Virus record (IMG/VR): IMGVR_UViG_3300017917_002593
Location: 1-64,000 of that record
Source: a virus
Length of the DNA stretch: 64,000 nucleotides
Strand: one strand, 5' to 3'
In this document: positions 1 to 11,413 of the stretch, one piece after another
How positions within the stretch are numbered: position 1 is the first letter of the stretch
How the letters are laid out: the number at the start of each line of letters is the position of its first letter
The notes under the pieces: generated by a model
The model's database searches: none
What the model saw: only the letters and a program-made list of their open reading frames with translations
What the model was told of the DNA's origin: nothing
Position numbers and translations under genes: made by a program

Positions 1-3000
1 AGTCTTTGTAAGATCTGTTGCTATCTTGGTTGCTGAAATAAACAGATATTGACCTGTTCTATCCATTGTGATGCTTTCAGCAAAGCCTGTGCCAACTCCA
101 AGCATTCCGTAAAATCCAGAATCTAAAGGAGTTATAATCTGTGTGAAAGAATATAAATCTCTATCAGTTGAAGAATAGATATATACCGCACCTGTTGAGT
201 TATTCCACCCTGGAGCAGCTACGGCAATTCGAGTAGCATCACTATTTCCAGTAATTGCATGTCCAAAACGACTGCCTGAAGTAATGTTAGGCATTTCTAA
301 TTTTAGATTCGGAGTTGCAACAATGCTAATTGAGTTAGGGCTTACTGAATTGATAATGTTGTGGTACACTGCACCTTGATCAGAATCTTGTCCAGGGCTG
401 GAAACAAACACAACCTTTGACGATGTTGAAATGTTGCCAACAAAAATATCGTAACCAAAATGTGCAGATGCCTGCGGTGTAGGGCTGGCAATTGCTATAT
501 CAAACACAACTTCTGTTTGGTCAAAATTGTATCTAACAATTTTTACAAAACCTTGATTTGACAATCCGGATGCAGAGCCGTTGACAGAAACTGTACTAAA
601 TTTGTTTGTAACTGTAGCATGTTTTACATTAGAAGCAGTAGGTGCTCCAATATAAACAATTCCAGCATCCTGATCTATTTTTAAAGATTTTCCAAATAGA
701 GAACTATTAGCACCTGTAAAATATTTTTCAGTCTTTGAGGTGTTAGGAAGAATTACACCAGCAGGGTATAAACCTGTGTTGTCTCTCTTGTAAAGATATA
801 CTCTTCCAAAATCGTCAGATAGGCCTGCATCATAAAGGAAGTTAGGAGAGGATACTGCCAATTTAGATCCGTCGTCTGTTCCTGCAATAGAATAACCATA
901 TTGCTGATTTTTCTCTAAGGTGTATGCAACCGACGGTGAATTAACTTCGGATGAATCAAAGTTTTTAGTTTTTGTAAACACTGTCCATTTGTTATCGGAT
1001 GCAGCATCTACCCAAATTTTTTCACCTGTTTTAAATTGACTTAGGAGGTTAGGATATCTGAACAAGCTATCAAAGTTATTAAATCTAACACTAACAAATT
1101 TGAAGAGTAATCCTACCGCCGGAACGAACGGTGTTGTTAGGCTTGATAAAACAGACGACACTGTAAACTTGTTAAGGTCAATAATTTCTTCAACTGTGTA
1201 TACTCCATCAAGTTGAGGATCAAACTGACTTATACTAATTAGATCTCCTGCTACCAAGTTATGGTGATATTCTGTGGCAAATATAACACTTGAACCAGGA
1301 CTGTATATGTCTGCTTCTACAACTTTAACAGGCAGCTGAGTATATCTCACAATGTCCCAACCGCCGTTAGAAGTAAATCCTATCCAAACAGTGTCGCCGT
1401 CTTTTAGCGCCCTGTTGTTTGCAATATCTAAAATACTGTCTCTATTAAATGCTGTTGCTGTTACATCGTCGAGTCTTGCATAACCAGCAGTAGGTAAAGA
1501 AACAACACTATCAGTTATTACTCCGGAAGAAGTTTTAAACGGTGTGTTATTGTAATTTTCTGGTTTGATTACAATTTGATCAGGAGTTTCATAAGAAATA
1601 AACTCACTAACTACTTGAGGAACCTCATTTGTAAATTGAATAATCTGAGGATTCTCTTTAAGTTCAAGCTCGTCTAACGTAAACTCTAAAGTTTCATTTT
1701 CAGAGAATGCACCAAAATTACCAACTCTAAAAGCCCAGTCTTCGTAGAAGTCAATAAATCCTCCCTGAGACACAATACTGGCTTTAGCAAGTTTGTTAAT
1801 TGTATTCTTAGTTCCTTTTTCTTTAATATATCCTTGATAGAACTTGTATTGGCTAATAGGATTTGTAAAGATATTATCGAGATAATTTCTTGGGCTATAG
1901 CCAACAAGACTTTGTGCAAGTCGCTGTTGCACTGCATCAAAGTTGTCAATGTCTAAACTGTAAAAATCTTCGAACTGATTAATTTTATAATCAAAGTTAG
2001 GCAATAATTCAGCTACAGGTTTTTTACCAAGAACAGACCATTGTGAAAAATTAAATTCTTCAGATCCTAAAACTTTAGAAATTGCAGAATAATAGTTACC
2101 TGCATAGAATACAATATCCCCAGTAGAATAATCTGTATACTTTTCCCAGTTAGAAATTTGTGCTTCGTCGTAGATAAATCCAGGACTGAACATATCTCCG
2201 TTCCAGCCGCCTGTGATAAATCCTAACAATTTGATTCGGCGCTGGCGATAACCAGTTGCAGGATCATAGATTACATCGTTAAACATTGTTGAATTGTTAA
2301 GGACTAACGTATGTTCTTTTTGTATAAGATTAATTTTTACAAAAAATATTCCGTCGGTCGTATTGACAGTTCTAACAACAAATGTATTTTCGTCTCTCGA
2401 TGTTGAAATGTTTTTGCTGGATATAGTTGATCCATCTGCCTTAAGAACACTGTAGTCGTAAAACACATTTGTTAAATTGTCAACAACTGCGGCATTATCA
2501 TTAAACTTCAACGAGTTAGCAAAAGGACTTAGTGTTATTACACTACCAACAGCCCATTTTTGAGTAGTCCAATATAATAGTTCTTTGCTGGAGAATGTCC
2601 AGTCTAACATTTCGTTAAGGTCTTTGTTATACTCGTCAAAGATGCATCCTTGAGATTCTAACCACTTACCATAACCTAAGACTACAGCATATAAAGATTC
2701 TACATCTGAGTATTCAACACCGTACGGAATTTCTACAGGTGTAGAGCCATACTTAGATGGTCTTCTTACAGAAATTCCTCCAACGACTGGAAGTGCAGGC
2801 AATAACTGAAATTTAGTAGAATCAAACGAGCTTCCAGAGTTATGCCCTACTTTGGTCCTATAGAATTTTCCAAGATGTCTAACAACTTGTCCTTGCTTGT
2901 AATATCTGAATCCAGAGTTGGTACTAACAGATGTAGTGTCTAATCCAGTAATAGGATTAGCAGATGAAGGAGCCCATTCTACATAAGACTCAGGAGTTCC

Positions 3001-6000
3001 CCCAATTGTAATTGCAGGATCAGTAGCAGTAAAGTTGGGCATCAAGCACATGAAGTAAGGATTGTTTGTATCGTATCCTCGAATACTAAATCCTCGTGCT
3101 GTCTTTTCAACTATTATTCCGCTAACACTTAATGATCTAACAGGACTGCTCTTATCTAAAAATACTTCGTGGTCCTCATTAACTAACGCAACTCCTATAC
3201 TTGAGCTGTTAGGGCTTACGCTATCAATGATAACCCTGAACTTATCTTTGTTGATAAATCCGCCTAATTTATGAGTAAGTCTGAATGTAATAAATTTTAA
3301 TTCTGACTTTAACTCGTCGAGATATTTTCTGTTCTTTTGACGGCCTGCTTCAATTAAAAATACACTGTATCCAGAAGCATGAGTTATCTGGCCGTCTACT
3401 ACGTCTTGATATAATTTTAAGTCAGCGAAACTAATAAACTTTTTATTTTCTCCGTAGACATATTGACCTGCAAGATTTTTAGTCATTCTACTAACGTCAA
3501 ACAACATACTTGCATATGTGGCAGGAGCAGTTAATGCTAATAATATTTGAACAGCAAACGGATATAAAGAGCTCTTTCTCCAAGCTGACTCAACAGGGCC
3601 CTGATCGCCAAACTTCCAATTATCATAAGTTTTTAGATAATCTAATCCAGTTGCAATATTGGCAGATGCAGGATCTAATAAGTTTCCGTTTTCATCAACT
3701 GGTAAAATATTTGAAAGGCCGGATCTAACATATTTTTTAATTACATATCCGCCAGCAGGATCTCTAACATAACCTTTTTCTAAATCTTCCCAAAGAATTG
3801 TGTTACCTCGAGTGTATGGCTTAGGTCCGTAGACACCAGTCCACCATGTTGGCATTACATTAAATCCTAACATTTCCCAAGGATGTGTGTGAGGACGATC
3901 TGTATCAAAGAAAAACTTATAGATACCTCTCCAGTTTCCCGGTAATGGAAGTTTAGTTACAAGATCTTTTCCAGACTTATAATTCCAAGTTTTTCTATCT
4001 TCGCCAGCTGTAGAATTTTTAGAATAATTTAAACCATAAAAACTATCCCACTTTAAAAATTCTCTTGAAAGAATGTCGTTAACTTCCTTCAACGAATACT
4101 TGTTATTTCTAAATGCGCCTGGAATGACATCGTTGATATCTAAAAGTTCTGGGTTATAAGTAGTCTTAATATTATTAAAAACTCTTCTTTCGAACTCAAG
4201 AATAATGTCGTCTCGATAATCATTAAAGGCTACGAATACGCTGCCGTCGTGCCCTTGAATAACTTTTTTTGGTTGCCCAACATAAGTGTCGTCAAAATAA
4301 ATTTTTGGTTCAAATTTAGGATATAGACCTAACTTAGTCGGTGTAGGTGGTACGAAGCATCCCTGAGTACTGGTGTAATCATTGACAGTGATTACATCGC
4401 CTTTTTCTAAATCTATCAAAATATTGACAGCAGAATCAAATTGATCAAATTGATATTCAGAGCCATGCAGTAGTTGAGAAGTTACTCCTGCGGCAGTTGT
4501 TCTGTAGACAATTACTGCACGCAAAGACAACTTTGTTAGATTAAAAATCGATGTCAACGAATATATCTTGTTTCTTGGGTCAGTAACAGTATATGAACGT
4601 GAAACAACATCAGTTCCATACGGAATCATATCACTAAGTGCATACGGGAATGACACTTCTTTGTTGACGTTCATATTATAAAGTGCAATATCCAATGCTT
4701 TTGCAGGAGTATAATTGCCTTTAAATTTTGTAACTTGCTCAATTAAACCCAATTTAAACTGTTGGTAATGTTGAGCAACTGTTCGAGTAGCAGAAATAAG
4801 ATTAAATTTATCGTTGGCAATAAAGTAAGCTGCAAACGATAACGGATTCTTATTCGAAATTAAACGAGTTCCATAATTTGCCAGGCCTTCGATATCTCGA
4901 ATATTACTTGATCCTGGAAAATCTCCAACAAATTCTGGGTGTCTGTCAACCATTGTTTTAGCATGGTCAGCCAATTCAGTTAATGTAAAATCGGCAATCT
5001 GACTGTTTAGCGGGTTATTGCTAAATCCTAAAGATGTTTCATAAGCTCCAGTAGAAGACGGAACTCCTTTTGATTTTATCTTTAATAGAACTCTGTCGCC
5101 AATAGCTAACGAAGATTTGAAAACTACAAAATATCTTCTACCAGATGGAAATAAAGTATATTCAACATTTAGATCATTCTTAACATCGTTAACATATACT
5201 TCGATATCAAGCTGTTGATAACCTGCATTAGCAATCGAAGTTATTTCCAACTGAGTAATCTCAGTTTCGATAACTTGATACTGAAGAACAGGAATTGTAT
5301 ATTCAGTTGCAGGTGCCCATACGTTAACAAAAGAAGAACTATTTCTATTAGAATTTTTCTTCATAAAGCCCGACGATACGGGAACTGAATAAGAATTATT
5401 GCCGTCAACAACAAAATTCTCATCAGTCATGAAATAGTTTTCAAATAGATAGTATGATTGATTTGAGATACTTCTATATTTTAAAGGAAATCCAAGTACC
5501 GGATCAGGTGCTCCAGTTCCTACACTATATCCAAAAACTTTAGATCCTAAAAATATTTCTTTATATTTTACAGAACTGTAGGCTTCGCCATCGTTATCAA
5601 AAATTTCAAATCGAGGAGGTTGGTTAATCGCAACTTTTTGTTGCCCGGATACCCAAGCAGTTCCGTTATACCACCAGTTTTCACCGCGCTTGACATTACC
5701 TTTTGTAATAACAACAGAATCGCCCAGCTGTGGTGTAACATCAGATTCTTCGTCGAGACTGATTTTAAACTTCTCTCCAATTTTTACAAAATTAACAACA
5801 TAGGTTTTATTATTGACAAAACTATCGTCGTCTGCGGTAAAGATTACTCTGTCACCTTGACCTACTTCTTCTCCGTCAATATAATATCCGACAGCGCCTT
5901 CGACTGTAGAAAATACATCTGTTGTAACTGTGTCGATGAATTGGATGTTCTTTTTTGCAAAAGATCCAAAGTTGTTTAACTGAAGGTCTGCTTCAAATTC

Positions 6001-7257
6001 GATAATTGGACGTTTAGCTCTTTGTGCAAAAGGTAAACTTACAGGAATTTTATTAATTTCTGCACTTAATTTTATAACATCTTCGTGGAACCATCTGTTA
6101 TAACGAGACCAAGGATTCTTGTCCTGACTTGCTTTGTTGATAGTTGTATACTCAGGAACTAACGGAAGATTCATAGATTGATCAAATGCAAATTCATCAA
6201 AACTATAACTGTCAAATCTTTCATCTGCCGCAGTAGAAAATCTTTCTGGGGGCACTAATGAATTAAATTCAACTAACTTAATTTCTGTTCCAACGCCTTC
6301 AACTATAAACTCTTTGCCACGATAAATTGCAGGATACACATCGCCTACAAAATTAATTTTTAATCCGTTGGTAAACTTAACTCCTGAATAAGAAGTATAT
6401 GTTTTCTTTCCAACAATTTCTTTTTCAACATCAATAACACTGTTTTCTTCGATGCTCTTAACAACAAACTCTCCGCCCTTTAATACATTATCTTCTGATA
6501 CATAAAAAAGAGTATTAGGAGTAGTGTGGTCAATGGTTAGAGTAATTGTTCCTTCAGTAATACCGTTGTTTTCTGCGGCTCTAAAAGGAGCTTCTTTCCC
6601 TGAAATTCTGGAAGTCTTTAACCAGAACACACTGTTGCTCTTAACATTAAACTTGTAAGTAACACCTCTGTAAAGAGTTAACTGAGGAGAAGGTGTAAGT
6701 CCGTCAGGAGTAAAGACAAAATTAAATCCGTCAGCAGTTTCAGTAACGTTATAAGTGCTAACGATTTCACGTTCTTTATTAGCAATGGCAACTGAATTAG
6801 GTCCAGCAGGTAGCCAGTAATATTTTTCAAAATTTATAAACTTATCCCAATCAATACGAGGATTAAAAGAATATAACTCAGGAGAAAACAATCTATCATG
6901 GCGAGATGTGTTAGCTCCCTCAAATGATAGTTGATTAATTAAATCGTCGTAAGAAGTAGATTTAATAATTTTAAGAATATCGTCAGTTACAACCAACGCC
7001 GGCTCTAACTGATAGTCTTGTCTAATTTTTAAGTTAGACTCTAAATAAAAATCTTTTTTAGGATTAAATGTAGGAGTAATCTTACTACCAACCCATCCGT
7101 CCAATCTTTTAAGTTGAGGAGGTTGTATTAACTGATCAATTGTGCCAGATAAAAATTTACTGTTTTTGTCTGTCCTAAACAACACAGGCAATAAATTTAC
7201 ACTTTTTCTTACCTGTGGGTTATTTTTGTCAGTTACCTGATTTAATTCATCAGACAT
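1..7257 (-). CDS. Giant baseplate-associated structural protein (gp7 position), >2419 aa, truncated by the window edge; FG-GAP-like beta-propeller repeats near the edge
   Basis: Not in the ORF track. ATG at 7257 overlaps the gp6 stop (TAATG) and reads MSDELNQVTDKNNPQVRKSVNLLPVLFRTDKNSKFLSGT. The same frame was spot-checked at ~3900 (DTDRPHTHPWEMLGF), ~2150 (WEKYTDYSTGDIVFYAGNYY) and ~900 (QQYGYSIAGTDDGSKLAVSSP); not every codon was checked. gp7 assignment is positional only. Confidence 0.8.
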   Translation of the reverse strand, partial: MSDELNQVTDKNNPQVRKSVNLLPVLFRTDKNSKFLSGTIDQLIQPPQLKRLDGWVGSKITPTFNPKKDFYLESNLKIRQDYQLEPALVVTDDILKIIKSTSYDDLINQLSFEGANTSRHDRLFSPELYSFNPRIDWDKFINFEKYYWLPAGPNSVAIANKEREIVSTYNVTETADGFNFVFTPDGLTPSPQLTLYRGVTYKFNVKSNSVFWLKTSRISGKEAPFRAAENNGITEGTITLTIDHTTPNTLFYVSEDNVLKGGEFVVKSIEENSVIDVEKEIVGKKTYTSYSGVKFTNGLKINFVGDVYPAIYRGKEFIVEGVGTEIKLVEFNSLVPPERFSTAADERFDSYSFDEFAFDQSMNLPLVPEYTTINKASQDKNPWSRYNRWFHEDVIKLSAEINKIPVSLPFAQRAKRPIIEFEADLQLNNFGSFAKKNIQFIDTVTTDVFSTVEGAVGYYIDGEEVGQGDRVIFTADDDSFVNNKTYVVNFVKIGEKFKISLDEESDVTPQLGDSVVITKGNVKRGENWWYNGTAWVSGQQKVAINQPPRFEIFDNDGEAYSSVKYKEIFLGSKVFGYSVGTGAPDPVLGFPLKYRSISNQSYYLFENYFMTDENFVVDGNNSYSVPVSSGFMKKNSNRNSSSFVNVWAPATEYTIPVLQYQVIETEITQLEITSIANAGYQQLDIEVYVNDVKNDLNVEYTLFPSGRRYFVVFKSSLAIGDRVLLKIKSKGVPSSTGAYETSLGFSNNPLNSQIADFTLTELADHAKTMVDRHPEFVGDFPGSSNIRDIEGLANYGTRLISNKNPLSFAAYFIANDKFNLISATRTVAQHYQQFKLGLIEQVTKFKGNYTPAKALDIALYNMNVNKEVSFPYALSDMIPYGTDVVSRSYTVTDPRNKIYSLTSIFNLTKLSLRAVIVYRTTAAGVTSQLLHGSEYQFDQFDSAVNILIDLEKGDVITVNDYTSTQGCFVPPTPTKLGLYPKFEPKIYFDDTYVGQPKKVIQGHDGSVFVAFNDYRDDIILEFERRVFNNIKTTYNPELLDINDVIPGAFRNNKYSLKEVNDILSREFLKWDSFYGLNYSKNSTAGEDRKTWNYKSGKDLVTKLPLPGNWRGIYKFFFDTDRPHTHPWEMLGFNVMPTWWTGVYGPKPYTRGNTILWEDLEKGYVRDPAGGYVIKKYVRSGLSNILPVDENGNLLDPASANIATGLDYLKTYDNWKFGDQGPVESAWRKSSLYPFAVQILLALTAPATYASMLFDVSRMTKNLAGQYVYGENKKFISFADLKLYQDVVDGQITHASGYSVFLIEAGRQKNRKYLDELKSELKFITFRLTHKLGGFINKDKFRVIIDSVSPNSSSIGVALVNEDHEVFLDKSSPVRSLSVSGIIVEKTARGFSIRGYDTNNPYFMCLMPNFTATDPAITIGGTPESYVEWAPSSANPITGLDTTSVSTNSGFRYYKQGQVVRHLGKFYRTKVGHNSGSSFDSTKFQLLPALPVVGGISVRRPSKYGSTPVEIPYGVEYSDVESLYAVVLGYGKWLESQGCIFDEYNKDLNEMLDWTFSSKELLYWTTQKWAVGSVITLSPFANSLKFNDNAAVVDNLTNVFYDYSVLKADGSTISSKNISTSRDENTFVVRTVNTTDGIFFVKINLIQKEHTLVLNNSTMFNDVIYDPATGYRQRRIKLLGFITGGWNGDMFSPGFIYDEAQISNWEKYTDYSTGDIVFYAGNYYSAISKVLGSEEFNFSQWSVLGKKPVAELLPNFDYKINQFEDFYSLDIDNFDAVQQRLAQSLVGYSPRNYLDNIFTNPISQYKFYQGYIKEKGTKNTINKLAKASIVSQGGFIDFYEDWAFRVGNFGAFSENETLEFTLDELELKENPQIIQFTNEVPQVVSEFISYETPDQIVIKPENYNNTPFKTSSGVITDSVVSLPTAGYARLDDVTATAFNRDSILDIANNRALKDGDTVWIGFTSNGGWDIVRYTQLPVKVVEADIYSPGSSVIFATEYHHNLVAGDLISISQFDPQLDGVYTVEEIIDLNKFTVSSVLSSLTTPFVPAVGLLFKFVSVRFNNFDSLFRYPNLLSQFKTGEKIWVDAASDNKWTVFTKTKNFDSSEVNSPSVAYTLEKNQQYGYSIAGTDDGSKLAVSSPNFLYDAGLSDDFGRVYLYKRDNTGLYPAGVILPNTSKTEKYFTGANSSLFGKSLKIDQDAGIVYIGAPTASNVKHATVTNKFSTVSVNGSASGLSNQGFVKIVRYNFDQTEVVFDIAIASPTPQASAHFGYDIFVGNISTSSKVVFVSSPGQDSDQGAVYHNIINSVSPNSISIVATPNLKLEMPNITSGSRFGHAITGNSDATRIAVAAPGWNNSTGAVYIYSSTDRDLYSFTQIITPLDSGFYGMLGVGTGFAESITMDRTGQYLFISATKIATDLTKT

Positions 7258-10200
7258 TAATATACTCCTAACGTACTGTTAATAATTGTAGCGGTTGTTT
7301 TAATTTGGCTTGAGGTAATAGCGTCAATAATTTCAATATCGTTGACTGTTGCACCGTTGATAAAAATTTCGTTGTTCTGACATGCAATTTCGTATAGACT
7401 ACCAAAAGGAACATCTGCCTTAGGTACTATGATGAAATTAGTGATATCCGGGGTCATTAAATTCATGATATAGGTCGATAACTCACTAAAATAGAATGTC
7501 TTACCAAACTCCCAATTTTCCAATGCAAAGAATTGTTCGATACCTGCAATTATTCTTGACCTTAATTCGTTTTCAGTTGTAGCTCTGGAGGAATTTCTAA
7601 CAGCCTTAAATGTTGCCTGCAAGTTTCTCGAAGACTGATCTCCAAATAATACCTTGTATTTAACTGGCTGGTATATCAGCTGATCGCTAATTGCCTTAAT
7701 AGGTTCTAACACAGAACTATAGTTTTCTTCAAGTTCAGAACTTGTAGGAGGAAGAGGTTCAGTTCCTGTTCCCGATACTAACCAATTTCTATAGTTTGTA
7801 TCGTAGCTTTGTGTTAACACATAAATGTCAATAATGTTAGTCTTGCTTGGATCTAATCTTCTGTTTTCACCACTATTGTGTTTGTATTGAAACTTAAGAC
7901 CTTTTCTACCAGGCTTGGCAATATAGTTTGGCTCAAGAGTGTAAAAGACTTCAGTCAATGTTGAATATCTCTTAACCACATCAATCGACGAATCGTAGAA
8001 ATAATATAACTGACCTTCAACTGGTCCAGCTGCATCACATTCTGTTTCAGACGGGAAAGATACAATACTATCATTTGTTATATTATAAGACAACTCATTA
8101 GCAGTCTTTTTAAAGAAAACAAATTTATCTTTGTATCCTGTTTGAGCGCCTATTGAGTTAGGAGCAACAATATCAAGGAATGCATCAGGATTTTCTATCT
8201 GAGCATCTTCGTACTCGTCTAAGAAAGTGACTCTAACTTTTTTAGGTTCAATATATCCATCAGCCTCAGTTACAGTTCCGTCAATTTGCCAACCATAATC
8301 AGTACCAAGAGGTAATGTAGAAAATTCTGCTTCTGAATTAGCCACACTAACTACTGAGGTTAAAGTGCTATAACCTCCACCGGTGTTAGTAACAATAATG
8401 TTTTCTAAACTACCGTTTTTAATAATAGAGTAAAACTTTCCTTGAATAGTTCCGCCAGATACAGTAATACCCGGACTCGAAACATATCCCCTGCCTTTAT
8501 TAATAATTCTAAAACTATTCTCTGTAATAGTTCCGCCAGGGCCTGTGCTGATCAGTTCTACTACAGCATTTCCATAATTAACAGGAGAAGGATTAGTTCC
8601 TAAAACTGTGATTTGGTCTTTAACCAATGTATTCTTGATAAAATCATAATTCTTATTTGTAGTATCAAAATAGAATGATGTGTTTCTTTCGCTTTCAAAA
8701 ATATAATCTGTTACTCTATACTTAACATCGTATCCGATTCCGTTCCAAACAAAAGCAAACAACCAACTTGAATCGCTGTTAGTATTTGAAGTATCTTTTT
8801 GATATATCAAGGTAAAATCGTTAGTTAAGTCAAGGTCAGTATCGTTAATAACATACCACGAACGAGTACTTTCTGCAAAACTTAGACCGAAATTTCGTTT
8901 AGCTAAACAAAGATTGACAATGTCAGCTTGTAGAGAATAACTGAATACAGTATCAAAAGGCGGAATTATTTCTTCAGCAAATGCTTCTGACGGAATGTTC
9001 TGAGTTAGAATAACTGGACCTGTTCCATCAGGTAAATTTCCTTGACCGCCGTATGTGCCGTCACCGATTACTAAAGATATTTTAACCCATTTAAAATCTT
9101 TAGTGGTAGAATCTGCAATAGATGTTAAATTTCCGTTAGGTAAGAAATATTTTCCTACTGGTGGAATAAATTTTATTAATGTGCCCGGTTCTACGTAACT
9201 AAGGTTACCTGCAGAAAATATACCAGTTTGTAAAGGATTTCCTGTTACTGCATCAATAAAATAACCTGTACATTGATTTGTAGTTTTAGTTGACTGTACC
9301 CATTTTATTTTAGGATCAGACAAACTTGGACGAGGCCAGTAATTTAAATAAAAATTATTCATGCTCTTAGATTCAGTAATCGGAATTAGTTTATTGATTA
9401 CTGTAGCAAAGATTTCATTTTTATTTGTGTAAGAAAATTGTAAAGATAGAGTTTTATTGTCGCGATAAATTGCTCCGTCGTCGCCAAAAATGTTGGTGCT
9501 GGAGTATTTTCCGCTGACATCGCTTAATTCAAAATACTTCGAAACTCCGCTGGAGATTCTGTTAATACTCTTAATCTTAACAATATCTGCACCTGCATTA
9601 AGAGGAGCAATATTATAATCTTCCGCAGTAATCATACGATTTTGAGTATAGTATGACTGCGGCGCTTTTAATTTAATATTAGCGTCACTTTCAGCAGACT
9701 CACTGTTGTTTACTGTGTATTGTAAACTAAAAGTAAGAGTCAACTGTTGCTTCTGACCAATTTTATTAAAGTAAGGAAGAGTAATTTGTACTCCGTTAAT
9801 TTGCTCAGGTTTGATAGAGTACTTTAATCCATTACTTTGTCTATAGAATAATACAAATTGCCCTTTTGGAAGATTACCAAATAATCCGTCAGCAAAGTTT
9901 AGATCAATTTGATCACCTTCCCTTGTTGAAACAGCAAAAATATCTCTCTGTTGATTGCTCAAGCTATTATAGATAATGTTATTTCCTACAAGAGCATCAA
10001 CCTTCTTCCACTCAGAAGAATAATTGCCGTTAGCATCTAATTGCCACAACCATACATCACTGTCATTAATGTTGCTGGCATTAACTCCTACAATTTCATT
10101 AGGAACAGGAGCGTCAATGTTAAACGAAGTAAGATTTAATGTACCTTGTCTAAAGTGTACAAAAAATCCTGTATTTGAACTGGCGCTGCCTTTGCTGTCG

Positions 10201-10922
10201 TTTTTAAAAATAAAACTAAATTGATCAGCAGGCTTTGGTGTAGATTCGTATACAACATTCTTACCAGTAAACTCGCAACTGGTAATTTCAAACGGCATAG
10301 AAATTCCGCCAATGGTTTTACTAAACCCAAACACAGGAACATCTGTATTTGCAGTGTTGAATCTATATTGTTCTGTAGGAATTCCGCTTATTGTTTTTTT
10401 ATCGTAAGGCTTACCAAATGTAACATTGCCCGGCATTGCACTGTTTAAAATTGTAATGAACTGTTGATACCAATTGAGATTAGTAACATCGTTCCAAACA
10501 ATAACAGTGTTGGCAAGGTTGCTGCCGTTGGCGTCAAAAACGTTGTCAGTTGTAGATACCGCAGTTAGTTTTAGGAAGCCGTTGGCAGGCTGATTTCGTT
10601 TAGCATTATAGTTAATTAACTGTGCAAGACGTAGAATGCTGTCTCGACGTTCAGCTGTTTCTAAAAAGTTTTCTCTGGCGTTGAGGTCAATCCTAAAACT
10701 GAGGTTTTGTCCAAGATAAGCAATAAGGTCAATAAGAGCAACATATTCGCTCGACTCGATGTAGTCATTAAAATCTTCTGGATACTTTTCGCGAAGATAT
10801 GCGATCATGGTCCTGCGAAGAGTTTCAAAATCGTAGGATTTAAAGTCTGAGTTTTTAAAAGATTGATAAATCTTTTTCCAATCTTCAGCGACCATTAATT
10901 TCGAATTAGTTGACGGGATCAT
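7257..10922 (-). CDS. gp6: Baseplate wedge subunit, T4 gp6-like
   Basis: N-terminal YDFETLR...FNDYIESS...LIDLIAY.GQNLSFRIDLNARENFLETAERRDSILRLA and APQSYYTQNRMITAEDY are typical of the gp6/baseplate-J family; lies next to gp25. Confidence 0.85.
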   Translation of the reverse strand: MIPSTNSKLMVAEDWKKIYQSFKNSDFKSYDFETLRRTMIAYLREKYPEDFNDYIESSEYVALIDLIAYLGQNLSFRIDLNARENFLETAERRDSILRLAQLINYNAKRNQPANGFLKLTAVSTTDNVFDANGSNLANTVIVWNDVTNLNWYQQFITILNSAMPGNVTFGKPYDKKTISGIPTEQYRFNTANTDVPVFGFSKTIGGISMPFEITSCEFTGKNVVYESTPKPADQFSFIFKNDSKGSASSNTGFFVHFRQGTLNLTSFNIDAPVPNEIVGVNASNINDSDVWLWQLDANGNYSSEWKKVDALVGNNIIYNSLSNQQRDIFAVSTREGDQIDLNFADGLFGNLPKGQFVLFYRQSNGLKYSIKPEQINGVQITLPYFNKIGQKQQLTLTFSLQYTVNNSESAESDANIKLKAPQSYYTQNRMITAEDYNIAPLNAGADIVKIKSINRISSGVSKYFELSDVSGKYSSTNIFGDDGAIYRDNKTLSLQFSYTNKNEIFATVINKLIPITESKSMNNFYLNYWPRPSLSDPKIKWVQSTKTTNQCTGYFIDAVTGNPLQTGIFSAGNLSYVEPGTLIKFIPPVGKYFLPNGNLTSIADSTTKDFKWVKISLVIGDGTYGGQGNLPDGTGPVILTQNIPSEAFAEEIIPPFDTVFSYSLQADIVNLCLAKRNFGLSFAESTRSWYVINDTDLDLTNDFTLIYQKDTSNTNSDSSWLFAFVWNGIGYDVKYRVTDYIFESERNTSFYFDTTNKNYDFIKNTLVKDQITVLGTNPSPVNYGNAVVELISTGPGGTITENSFRIINKGRGYVSSPGITVSGGTIQGKFYSIIKNGSLENIIVTNTGGGYSTLTSVVSVANSEAEFSTLPLGTDYGWQIDGTVTEADGYIEPKKVRVTFLDEYEDAQIENPDAFLDIVAPNSIGAQTGYKDKFVFFKKTANELSYNITNDSIVSFPSETECDAAGPVEGQLYYFYDSSIDVVKRYSTLTEVFYTLEPNYIAKPGRKGLKFQYKHNSGENRRLDPSKTNIIDIYVLTQSYDTNYRNWLVSGTGTEPLPPTSSELEENYSSVLEPIKAISDQLIYQPVKYKVLFGDQSSRNLQATFKAVRNSSRATTENELRSRIIAGIEQFFALENWEFGKTFYFSELSTYIMNLMTPDITNFIIVPKADVPFGSLYEIACQNNEIFINGATVNDIEIIDAITSSQIKTTATIINSTLGVY

Positions 10923-10943
10923 AGATGCATTGCCTTATTTTGA

Positions 10944-10950
10944 TATTTAT
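10944..10950 (-). promoter_or_regulatory. T4-type late promoter (ATAAATA) upstream of gp6
   Basis: Intergenic TATTTAT, 22 nt upstream of the gp6 ATG. Confidence 0.55.
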
Positions 10951-10973
10951 TTTAAAAATTATGTGGGTAGTTA

Positions 10974-11408
10974 TTACCCAGCAAGGCCAACACGTTTGTC
11001 AAACGACAGAATCATACTTTCGCTGACATCAGTGCCTTTATAGGAAAGAGTTATTTCTAATACAAATCCATAATCTTGCTCAACGATATTAATCAGCGTA
11101 GGAATAACTCGAGGATCAGAATTTAAAATTCTATCTATGTCTGCAGATATTTGTTGCTTTACATTAGGTGTCAAAGGCTCGTATATCAAATCCCAAATCA
11201 CTGACCCAAAGGCAGGATTCATAATTCGCTCACCCTTACGAGTATTGAATTGATTTAAAATATCTTGCTTGATGAGGTCGTAGTCATAGAGCTTGACATT
11301 TGTAGTAGTTTCGTCGACTGTGCTAAAACCTTTATAGAACTGGCTGCTCTGTTGAGTAGTTACGTTATTAAGATTTGGCGGTGTAATGACAATGTTTTTA
11401 TAAGCCAT
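10974..11408 (-). CDS. gp25: Baseplate wedge subunit gp25 (GPW/gp25 family)
   Basis: IKQDILNQFNTRKGERIMNPAFGSVIWDLIYEP...DPRV motif. Confidence 0.9.
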   Translation of the reverse strand: MAYKNIVITPPNLNNVTTQQSSQFYKGFSTVDETTTNVKLYDYDLIKQDILNQFNTRKGERIMNPAFGSVIWDLIYEPLTPNVKQQISADIDRILNSDPRVIPTLINIVEQDYGFVLEITLSYKGTDVSESMILSFDKRVGLAG

Positions 11409-11413
11409 AACAA

